From: Camelus dromedarius
Taxonomy: Eukaryota
Assembly (NCBI RefSeq): GCF_036321535.1
Contig: NC_087436.1
Span: 43,898,001-43,962,000 of the forward strand
DNA length: 64,000 nucleotides
Direction of reading: 5' to 3'
This document shows positions 25,938 through 37,100 of the stretch, in pieces. The notes beneath the pieces are model-generated. The model saw only the letters and a list, made by a program, of their open reading frames with translations. It was not told the origin of the DNA and did no database searches. The translations under genes were made by a program, and so were the position numbers. Every line of letters starts with the position of its first letter. The stretch's first letter is position 1.

Positions 25938-26058
25938 CTCTGCACTGCTGGTCCTCCCTCTTGTCCTCCTCCGACACATCTAACGCCTCCAACAAGAGCT
26001 GGTCCAGCACTTGCTTGCACTCTTGTAGTAGTGCAGCTACAGCTTTTTGATTATTCAT
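25938..26058 (-). CDS. ALPK1: ALPK1 first coding exon (residues 1-40 plus 1 nt)
   Basis: Translates [40 protein letters not shown], closely matching the recalled human ALPK1 N-terminus ([40 protein letters not shown]). ATG has A at -3 (atcATGa). The exon ends at a canonical donor GAG|GTGAGA; 121 coding nt, phase 1. Confidence 0.97.
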
Positions 26059-26169
26059 GATGATTACCCTCCCTTGATGATGAGTCAAGTGTCCCTGCGT
26101 CTACGGTGATCAATTACCTAGGAGAAGACATCGATTCTCAATAAAAGAGCCCCTTCAAGGCTGAGGTAC
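26059..26169 (-). other. ALPK1: 5' UTR part of the ALPK1 start-codon exon (distal acceptor at 26169, alternative proximal acceptor at 26117)
   Basis: A polypyrimidine tract with CAG (ttccccctcttttgttcaccag|) precedes 26169. A second tract with TAG (tgtcttctcctag|) precedes 26117. Confidence 0.75.
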
Positions 26170-28769
26170 CTGGTGAACAAAAGAGGGGGAAAGATGATTA
26201 ACTGAAGCATCATCAATTATCTGTAAGACTCAAGCAGGGAGGGATAATAGAGCAAACGCATGAAAATACATGACAGCCCCCGAGGACTTTATTAGGGGAG
26301 TGTGTGAAATTACTGCAGGGCCTGCTCTGGATGGGCAGCACCTCGAAGGCATCAGAGAGCAGAAGGGAGAGGGTCCTGCTGCGGACCCCAGTCACCCACA
26401 GTGAAGTCAGCGAAGTCACATGGAGCCAAATGAAATGAATATATCCTATGATTTATATATTTTCTGCATACTTCACATCAGTGCCTCTGGATCCCAGCAG
26501 CACCACACTTTCTGCCTCTCTGGAAGTCTACAGGAAGCATCTGGCTAACAGTTCTAATATTCAGACAGAAGCACATGGTAATATGAAGTTTACCACTCTC
26601 ATAATCCACTGCTGATTTCCCCTGTGCAGTATTCCTTATGGTATTTAGCATCATATAATTTGGACCAAAATAGGCAATGACAGATGCCAAATTTAAAGCT
26701 CTTCACTGCCAGGCATACTGCCAAATAAAATAGAGAAATGACATCCCAGAAAACCCAATTTCCTAGATCTATCATACGGATGGATCTATTATATGGATGA
26801 ATGGATCTACTTAGATCCCATTTAACATATATACAGTTGAGAGATTTCTTATGTAAATACGAGTATATTATAATGAACTACTGCAGTATAGGTAATTTCA
26901 AGAACATAATAACTCACTGACAGTACAAAAATGCCTGACAAATAAATACCAGAAAGTCACCTGATTAACAAATCTTTCTGTTTGTTTTCCTTCTATTAAA
27001 GAATGTACATTGTAAACAAAACAAAGGAAGTTATTCTCTTTCTGAGTTTGCCAGAATAGACAGTGGACCTGCGTCTGGGGACACTCTTGTAGGGAATCTT
27101 ATCACCAAAGCAAGAGAATCTGAAAAGGATTCAAGTACAACAGACATACGGATGACTCTTCTCCTTCTGTCTCCTAGCAGATCCATGCAACACAATAACT
27201 GACTGCTTTAGTAATCATCAAAAATACTAAAGCAGTGAATTATTGTGTTGGTGTTCGGAAAAATGTTCTCTACTACTCAATAGCCTCCTCGCTTTAAGAA
27301 GTTTGTTTTAAATTTGAAATAGTAAGAAAGCATTTTTTTCTATCTTTTTTCTATTTTATGACTTAACAGGAACAGAAAATGAAGGATGAGCTAACTGTGT
27401 AATCTAAATTTTGTATTTTTGCATGAAAAATACAAAAAAGCCTGTATACTCTCTATGCTTTAGGTTTTAAAACGCACACGCACACGCGCCCATATACACA
27501 CACACAAGAGATACATGACACAGAACTGCCAAAGCAGTTTCATTAAAACAGTCACATATCTGATGATGAGTAACGCAAGAAGGGTTCTTCATACAACATT
27601 CCTGTTACCTGAAAGAGCATCCACATAGGGAGTTCATGAAGAATCAGTTACTGGAAGCATTTAAACATAAATACAAATTTAATCCTTTTTCTGTTTAAGA
27701 TGTTTCTAGAAAGTATTCCTGCATGGATTGGGTTGTTGGATGAAATGATTTTCAATCTCCCTTTTAGCTCAAGTGTTTATAAGTCAATATTTTGCGGTAC
27801 AAGCTGGCCATTAGCTCGTCTTTCTATGAAAACAACTAAACACTATGGGCTGGTCAGAGAGCTAATTAGTGGACTAGAGTGAAAAAGAGGCCGTGGAGCA
27901 ATGATATTCCATTTCCACCATTCCTTGGAAAAGGGAGATGGTGGTTATAATGGGAAGTTAGTACGGAGGTTGAGAAATGCATCTCGTAGAGAAGAAGGTT
28001 AAGAACAAATTTGCTTGGAATGAGTTACAGGTGAGTAGGACACTCACTTTTCTTTAAGTCCTAAATTAAAGCAAGAAGGGGGTTCTCTTTCCAAAGATCT
28101 GTTTTTTAAGACTTCATATAGAAGAAGAGGTGTAATAAAATATAAAGAGCTCATGTACAAAGAGATAAAACTATAGCATAATTTTAATAGCACATCACCC
28201 TTTTGTCTAAAGGCTTATAGTAATGTTTTATTAGTGCTATATTATCCTCTTAGGGTAGACAGTAGTCTTCCATTTTACTGACAAATTAAGATATAATTTA
28301 ATTGCCTTGTTTCTGTTTAAACTTTAAGCAGAGAGTATGTAGCAAAGAAAAGAACACTTAGAAATAGGAAAACTAGTATACATAATAGTGCTCAGCAACT
28401 AATTCCACTTCATTCTCTACCATCAACTACTTGTGAGATCTCGGAGATTAATTTTTCTCATCCATATTTTGAGGAGATCGGTTGGGAGTATTTGTTAAAA
28501 TCTTTTCAGGTCTTAACTTACATACTCAGCAGCAGTTTAGATAGACCAGGTTGCCTATTGCAAAAGAATATCTGATATTTATTTACAGAAAAATTCCTGG
28601 CTCTTTTCAGAATCTGTAAGTACAAAATTTTTATATACACTTTTCTCTGTGGTTTAGAAGTGTTGACTTGAATCTTAAAGGCTGATTACTAAATAAATAT
28701 CCTTCTTTGCTTTTGTTTCCTCACTTGAAACCCCAATTCCTGATGCACAGGATCATAAATCTCTTCCTT

Positions 28770-29465
28770 TTGTCTAAGTGCTGTGAAAGAAAGATAAGAT
28801 ACGTGGTTTTGTGAGAGCAAACAACAGGACTTGACCTAATCATTTGGGTAAGGCTAGGGCAGGTCAAGGGGGGCTCCCCTGAAGATGTGATGCCTGACTT
28901 AAGCTCTGAAAGAGGAACAGCGTTTAATGAAGTTAAAATGATAGTGAAGAGCCATAATGTAGAAGAAAACAGAGAGCGAATGAAAGAGGTTGGCTGCACT
29001 AGAAATAAAAGGAGAAAGTTGATATGAAGTGATGCTCAACAGGTAAGCAGGGACTGTGCAGGGCCGTATGTGCCAGGTAAGGAATTATTTGTTTGCCCAA
29101 AGAGTCACAGAAAACTACTAGTAGCAATAGGAACACAACCAAGTTTGCATTTGGGAAAGATCGTTCTGCTTTAACTGTAGTTTGTGTACTGGGGGCAGGG
29201 AGGAAGAGGGTGACTGCAGGTAGATCAGTTAGGTACTTATTGCAATAATTCAGGTGAGAGATATCAGGTCTTTGGACCAGAGAGATAGTATCAGAGATAT
29301 AGAAAATTGGACAGATTTGAGAACTGTTTAGGGAGTGGATGCAGTACTGGTGTTGGATGGATGTGAAAGGTCTTAAGTATGAGTTCCAAATTTCTGCCTC
29401 TCCATAGCTCAAAACTGAATGGACAATGTTACCATACTTTGAGACAGGGAACATAGATGAGAAAA
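28770..29465 (-). mobile_element. L2 fragment
   Basis: tttgcatttgggaaagatc...cagttagg...attgcaataattcaggtgagagat. The minus-strand translation ISHLNYCN..LTDLPA resembles the L2 ORF2 C-terminal region. Confidence 0.8.
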
Positions 29466-31039
29466 GGCATAAATACATCTTCTATTTCTAGCAATAAACC
29501 TAGTAAGGATGATAAATCATACTGTCCAACAAAAGCAATCAGATTTTAACCAAGAAAGCATGTCTAAAAAAGGAAGAGACTTCCAAGATAATTAATGTTT
29601 ATTACCTGTTACGAAAGATATTCTTTATATATTTTGAAAGTTATAGCATTTTCCTCTTTCCCTGTAGAATTCAGGAGAGACAATAGGAAGAAAATACTGT
29701 AACATGAGAAACACTTTGGAATCCAACCATCTGTCTAGACTTGTATGGTTCATTGTTAGGCATAACAGAGGCTGGAGCCCAGGAAATTTTCCTTCAGGCA
29801 ACAGTCCCACTGGAAATTTTGGTCAGCTTCATTTATAAAAGAATCATTTTCAATTACAACACGTATCAATTTTTGTCCCCCTGAACTATGGCACTCTGTG
29901 AGCTATACATTATTTCTAAATTGGAAAAATGATGTTTCTCAATATTTAGTAACCTATGAATTGTTTTTTCTATTTTAATATCCCCCATATATTTTTTTCT
30001 TACAAATCAAATAGAAATAGGCCAGAAAAAGCAATCAAGCATGCAAACAGGTATCTCTAGAATAACAGGTACCCCACAAAGTTAGAATCATATACTCTAA
30101 CGTACACATGCACACATAGCCTAATGGTCATGTATTCATACATTCTGTGTTTGATTTTTGCACATGGATGCTTTAGCTCTGTTGATGACTGAGAATTTAG
30201 CTGCGTGGCTGAGTTATAGAATAATTGGCAAGTTGGCCATCATTAAAAATAAGCAAGTCAGTGAATTATTCAAAGCCCCATTTCTTTTGGCATTTGTGTT
30301 TGAGCCTTCTTCACTGGACAATCAGTAACTCTTTAGGGGATAAATTAGGGAAAATTAAAGAACTCCAAAGGTATTCCATGGTCTACTGGCTGCCACCTCA
30401 ATAATAATCCACCAGCCAACTAGTGTGAATCCCTAGGCTTGAAGATGTCGGGAAGCATAAAGAAGTAAAAGAGATGGTCTGTACTCTCAGGGAGCTTAAA
30501 ATGTAATCAGAGGACTAACATATCAATATATTTAAAATGAACTATACAGAGCATATCACACATGACTGTATTCCAAATGCTCAATTTAAATTATCTTTGT
30601 TGGAATTCAATTAATAGTTGGTTAAATTTACAAGCAAGTTTACAGAGCTCATTTAATTCATATGCACATGAATACTTATGCTAACAATACTTTCCATCTA
30701 CATTCAAAAGTATTTATCATATTGTTTTTAGGAGAAAATGTATTCTGGTATCCAACAGAATAATCAGAATACACTTCTCTAGTCTGGCTCCAGCAATGAC
30801 AATGCAGCCTTTCCCAGCATCTCACCCTCTCCTGAGCAACCCCATACACCAACTCTGACTATATTACCTCTTGTACTGATTAGTGGTGGAAATGGGTAAA
30901 TAAAAGGAGAAAAACTAATTGGAGAGTAATACAACTATGGAGTTTGGTTAGATACTTTTGGATGACAGCTGTTTGTTAGCATTTTAGAACTGCATAAAAA
31001 GCTAACTTCTAAATCACCAAAAACCTAAAGGGTAGATTT

Positions 31040-34000
31040 CTATATCTATCAGTATGTAAGACTATATGCCCAAACCAACACTCCGGCTGAAAACAACTAA
31101 AAATGCTGGAAAAGCATGTTAAAACCTCTAAAATGTATCAATGAAATGGCAAGAAAGGAAGGATTACTCAGAAGATAAAAATCAAGTAAAAGCTGGAACC
31201 CAGAAAGATAACACAGAATCTAGTCTTTGCCTTGAGTTTATCTGCCTAACATTGTGAGCTAAAACTGGTTTTCACTATCTTGGAGCATAAGAGGGTAGGA
31301 AATAAAATCAAAGGTTTACCCACATGGGACGTACAAGGGGAGACTGTCCCCTGCATAAACTGAGATCCTAAAAGGATGCACCTTTACTGTAGGGGTGGGC
31401 TAAAAATATATTCTCATCTTCTTTCTCTATCTCTAGGAAAATTGTCTATGGCAAAACATGCTGCTTCCTGGAGAACAAAAATTTTTGCCTTGAGAATTTG
31501 AAGCCACAGGTCCACAAAACCTCTTCTTGATAATTATTTTTAAATAAGTTATTTAAAATTGATCCTAGGTTGGTGGTTTTCTCAGGCAACTGGTGGAATG
31601 GAATACAATCTTCTCTAAAGGAATCTGATTTTGATCTAAGTTTCAAAGAATTCTCACCTATAAAATACCAAGAAATATAAACTCCTGGTCATAGCTCACA
31701 AAGTACATAAGGTAAAAAGAAACAAAGAATGAAAGCAGAAACAACAGACAGTAAAGTCAGACCCACAAAAACTCTAAATAGTGGAATTATCAGATATAGA
31801 CTATAAAATATACACATTTAAGAACTGAAAGTATATGTTGAGTGTATGAATAAAGAATAAGAAACTGTAAAAAGATACAAGAAGATTGAAGTAGAATCAA
31901 ATTACATTTCTAGAAACAAAAAACATAATTAAAATGTTTAAATTCAATGAATTGGATATATTTGATAAAATATTAGCTCTGGCTAAAGATAGAATTTTTG
32001 AACTGAATGATACATCAGAACATATTGCCTAGAACACAACAGAAAAAGACAAAGGGATGGAAAATACAAGACAGATTAAGAAACACAGAGGCTTGACAGG
32101 AAAGCTCTAACATATGTCTGTTCAGAGTCTTAGATGGGAAGAAGTGGAGGAAGCAGAAGAAATTTGGAGAGGTAATGACTAACAACTTTTAGACTAGCAG
32201 AAAGACAGTAATTAAGATTCCCATTATCTTCAAGCAGAATAAATAAATAAAAATCCACACCTAGAAACATCACAGTGAAACTAGGTTAACACAAAAGACA
32301 TAAAGAAGATCTTTAAAATGAACAGAGAGAAAAGACAGATTACCTTCAAAAAAATAAGAGTGAATTTTTAGATGGCTACCTAAAGCAACAATGGAAACCA
32401 GAAGATAGTGAAAGGCTATCTTTAACATGCTAGGAGGGAAACCCTGTAAAATAAAAATATTTTAAAATAAACATCAACAACTCCTTACCAAACATACCTC
32501 TATAGAATGTACTTTAGATAAAAGGAAAGCGATCACAGATGAAGGCCCTGAGATTCAAGGATAAGCAACAAGCAATAAAAGTGGTAAGTTATTGGCTAAT
32601 CATAAACAAACATTGTATAAACCTACAACAATGTTTTATGGGATAAAAAAAATAGAAAAATATACAGACAAACACAAACAGCATGTATGTCAGGAGTAGA
32701 GTGATTGACATTAAAATTTTCTAAGATCCTTGAGTTGGTCAGGAGTGGAGACATTAACTTTGACACTGATAAAATTTCTAAGGTAACCCCTAAAAAATTG
32801 AAATAAAACATACAACTCTGAAACTACAAGAAGGGAAAAAAAGAAAAAGCCAATCTAAAAGAAGGCAAGAAAAAAAAGAAAATTAAGAAATATACTTCTA
32901 AATGACTCACAGGTCAAAGAAGTCTTTACTATGGAAATTAGAAAATATTATAATGGAATAATAATATTACATATCAAAATGTGTGGAATTCAGTCAAAGT
33001 GGAACATAAACATTTCAATACTTCCAATAAATATAAATGAAAAAATGCTATAGTAAAATGATATAGACTAGATTAAAAAAATAGCTACATGAATTTAGTT
33101 AAAGAATAAGAATATAGAAACATTAAAATAAGATGGAAAAAGATATACTAGAAAAATACTAACTAAAAGAAAGCTGATATAGCTATATTAATATCAGATA
33201 AAACAGACTTTAAGGCAAAAAGCATTAGTAGAAACTAAAGCATCACTTTATATAGCTAAAAATGTAATTTAATAAAAACATATCATTTACAATGGTATGA
33301 AATATGTAAATAAAAATAAGACATATGTGTACGTAGAGAATATCTCAGAATAATGATAACAATAAATACGCAAGACTTTTAGAGAAAAATTATAAAACTT
33401 ACTTTATTGAAAGACATTAATAAAAATCTAACTACATGAAGAGATATCCCATGCTACTGGCCTGGAAAATTCAGTATTATCAAAACATCAATTTCACCAA
33501 ATTAACCTGTATCTTTAATGCAATTCTAATCAAAACAAACAGCTGTGTGTGTGTTTATCTTTGTGCACAACCTTACAAGAGTTCTAAAATGTATGTGTGA
33601 GAACAAAGTTTAAGAATAATCAAGATACTCCTAACAAAAAATAACAAGGGAGGAGAAGGGTGTCATACCAGACGTCAATAATTAATATAAGATTATATTA
33701 AATGATACAAAAATTATTGGCAGTAGGATAGATAAACTGATCTTCCAAATAAAATCAGGAGTCCAGCAAAAGACCCACGTACGTATGAAAACCTGATTTA
33801 TTACAGAGCTCAATATAATTTGAGTTAATTTTTTAAAAAATCAATACAAGTCAGATTAAAGACCTAAATGTGAAAGACAAAACCATGCAACTTGTAAAAG
33901 AGAATACCTAGAAGAGAGTATCTTTATCACTTTTGGTTAGGAAAGAATTTCTTAAATACTTGTGAAAAAATAAAGGCCAGTTGTAAAGGAAAAGATTGAT

Positions 34001-34985
34001 ACAATTAATTGGAAAGATGAACTTCTGATTGGGAAAAAGACATCGAAAAGAAAGTGAAAAGACAAATAACAAACTAGGAGGTATTTGTAACATATGTTAA
34101 CTGACAAAGGATTTCTATCCAGAATATGTAAAGAATGCCTGTAAATCAATGAGAAAAGGACCAGCCACGTAGTAGAAAAAGAATGAGCAGAAAACTTGAA
34201 CAGATACTTCACACAAGGAAACATGGATGGCCAACGAACAACCTCATTAGGGTAATTAAACCACAATGAAAGAACATGCACAACTTCCTTATAGGAAAAA
34301 AAAATTTAAGTTGGATAACAGTTGTCAAGAACAGTCAGTATTAGCTTTTCTCATCCACCAGTTTGGTACTACCCAGTAAAATCGAAGATGCACACACTAT
34401 GACCCTGTGTCCACTCTCAGGCATATACTCTAGTTTATGGAAGCTTTTGGACTTGTGCCTAGGGGATATGTATAAGAATGTTCACAGTGACACAGTTGGT
34501 AATAGTTTGTAAATTAACAAAAGGGAACAATTCATATATCCATCAGCAGGAGAATGAATTAGAAAACAGGTATATTTATACACTAGAATAGAATAAGCAA
34601 ATGAATGAATTACAGTTACATATAACAACATGGATGAATCTTAGAACTATAAAAAGGAAGTCACAGATGAGTACATGCATATAATTTACAAACATTCATA
34701 GCTAAACAACATACTAATATAGGATACAAATATATAAGGTAAAATTACAAAGAAAAGTAAGGGAACATAAACTAAAAATTCAGAATAGTGGATTTACTGA
34801 GGGGAAAGTGAAGAAGATAGGAGGTAGGTGTACAGACACAGGAGATTTCAAAGAAAGTGATAGTTTCTTTTATTTAAACTGGTTGTTTGATCTATAGATA
34901 CTAATTGTGTTCTGCGTATATTATACTCATTTTATAATTTTTGATACCTATTTGACATTTAAGGAAAAAAATTAAAAACAATAAA
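31040..34985 (+). mobile_element. Old L1M (L1ME-like) element with 5' region, ORF1, deleted and rearranged ORF2, and 3' UTR
   Basis: ORF1-like aaatccacacctagaaacatcacagtgaaac and gcaacaatggaaaccagaaga; endonuclease-like aagaaagctgatatagctatattaatatcagataaaacagactttaag; late ORF2 gattaaagacctaaatgtgaaa; 3' text caacatggatgaatctt. Confidence 0.85.
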
Positions 34986-36729
34986 ATGGAAACCCAAGTC
35001 TAGGAATATTGCATAGGTAACAAGTCAGTTCGGGCCTGCCCTTAGGGCTGGAGCCAGTGATTTCATTGAAAGACAGTAAAAGACAGCACTTCAGAGCAGG
35101 GAGGGGCACTTGCACAGGGATTTCTCAAGGGTAGGATTTGAAATAGCTGAAGACAGGAGAGAAGAAAAGAAATCTAGTTGGGGAATGAAATGAGCAGGCA
35201 TTTCAAAGAGATCATTGGGAAGCCAGGAGTAAGGATAGGCTATTGAAATAACTGATGAGACAGGCAGTTTGAACCATTAGTTTAACAAACACTGATTGCC
35301 AAGAAATTCAATTCATTTTTCATTCCATTTATAAAGAAAATGAAGGAGTGTGCTGTGATTTTTTAAAAAAGTAAATAGATTTTAGAAAATTCTGTAAGTG
35401 AAAATGAAGTTCTTTGCTATGGCTCTTTTATAGCAAGATTTCCAGCCAGAGGGCCATATCTTGTTAAAATGGGAAGTTGGAGGCCAAAGCTGCCTCGTCC
35501 CTCTTTCTCTCTTGCTCTTGTGCCCCATTCTCTCCAGTTCCCCTGCAGCTGAATGTGTTTATCAAACTTGACTGCGCAGGAAAGTGCAATGAGAATGTTT
35601 CGGGTCACAAACAGGTTACCTGCCGGCCTCAGGAAGAAAGAAGGGGAAAAAGAAAAGGCCATTGTTGCAGGGTCTTTTGCTCATACTCCCCAGCTACAGT
35701 TACCTACTCCATCAGCCGTGGTGACATCTGATGAACTATTAGCCTAGCCCCATGGCTGGAAGAGCGACATCTCAGGTCAAGGTGAGTCAGGCCTGCCATC
35801 TGGTCCTGCTTGAGGCTCCTGTGCTTATGACTTCCAAATGGTCCTTCTAGGAGAGTTTTCTTTGTATTTCTGCACCCCAACTAAGAGAAGAGCATTCCCA
35901 TATACTGACTCCATATGTCCCCAAATCCAGAGCTGCCATGATACTGGGAGCCATTCATAGAGTAGGAAAAAGTATTTTATAAACTTTGCAGGGCTTTCAG
36001 TCTGAGGCATATCCTGTGGGAGGCAGATATTGTCTCCCCAAACTCTAGGTAAATAATTTGAGCCATGAAGAGGGGGTGAAGAGGCAGGAGGAGGTTGAGT
36101 AATTTGCCCAAAGCTCCAAGCAAAGATCAGGATAAGAATTCATTCGGGGTTCTGACTTGTCCTCAAAATACACTTTGCTTCCCCTTTAAATAGATATTAG
36201 CGTTCTGTAGAAAAACATAGCAGGTGCAATTTGCTAGAAAAGAAACAGTTCTCTTTTAAAAGAGAAATTTCTTTAAAAGAAGAAACGGAGTAGTCTGTGC
36301 TGCGGTGGATGAGGCAACTGAAATGCTCCGTTTACACCTACAGAGTCAGGATGGCAAAGCTGCTGGCTGTCTCCAGGGATGGAATAGGAAGAAAGTCCAG
36401 GTGATGGTGCAGTATGTATATGGAAATGGCATGAAACATACTATGATATAAAATTGCCAGGGCTGTAAAGCATCATATACTTTTGATGAGGCCAGTAAAT
36501 GTGGAGATTAAGGTTAATTTTGCAACAAAATATTTTCAAATCTGTATCTATAATTCCCGTGGCCAAGAGAGTTATTTTACGAGGAATCATGTAGATTTTG
36601 AAGTTAGAGATACCCTACAAAGGAGCAGTCTGTACTGGAGAAAAGGGATGAGCGGGGCTCTGAAATTCTTGGAGCAGAAAAATGAAGGTACTGCAGTTTT
36701 TCTGTTTAAGTCATCAGTAGGCAGCCAAG

Positions 36730-37100
36730 TGAAGCACTATTGCACTTTACAGTCAGGGTTCTTGGGTTTCAATTTTAGTTCTGCTACTTGCTAGCTGAGC
36801 AGTCTTAGGCAAATTATACCTCAGTTTCCTTATCTGTAAAAAAAGGGGTAATAATAGGACCAATCTCACAGAGTTTTTTTTTTTAGTAACTTTTGTTTTT
36901 CTTTCTTTATTAGTATTTTTAAAATAATGACTGGGGATTGAACTCAGGACCTCATGCATGCAAGGCATGCACTCTACCACTGAGCTAAACCCCCTCCCTG
37001 CCAATCTTTCAGAGTTTTAAAAGGATCAATTGAGTTAATATATGTAAAACACAAAGAATATTACCTAGCATGTAATTAGTGCTTGATAGGTATCAGTTAC
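36730..37100 (+). mobile_element. MIR SINE interrupted by a Vic-1-type SINE
   Basis: tctgctacttgctagctg...ggcaaattatacctcagtttccttatctgtaaa...taataatag; the MIR resumes after 37018. Confidence 0.85.
36878..37000 (-). mobile_element. tRNA-Ala-derived SINE (camelid Vic-1 type) with 18-bp TSD
   Basis: Minus strand reads gggagggggtttagctcagtggtagagtgcatgccttgcatgcatgaggtcctgagttcaatccccag plus an A-rich tail, with Pol III A and B boxes. TSD ccaatctcacagagtttt (36860-36877) / ccaatctttcagagtttt (37001-37018). Confidence 0.9.

Noticed and set aside
25822..26088. 88-aa ORF as a single-exon protein
   Set aside because: Only 26058-25938 is ALPK1 coding. The upstream TTG extension is UTR and the tail (GEIPMGG...) is read-through past the splice donor.
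28999..29478. Longest ORF in the track (159 aa)
   Set aside because: It lies within an L2 fossil and partly follows the decayed L2 ORF2 frame. There is no splice or promoter support for a host gene.
36925..37000. tRNA gene
   Set aside because: The tRNA-like head is followed by an A-rich tail and flanked by a TSD, which marks a SINE rather than a tRNA. The same applies to 57965-58062.
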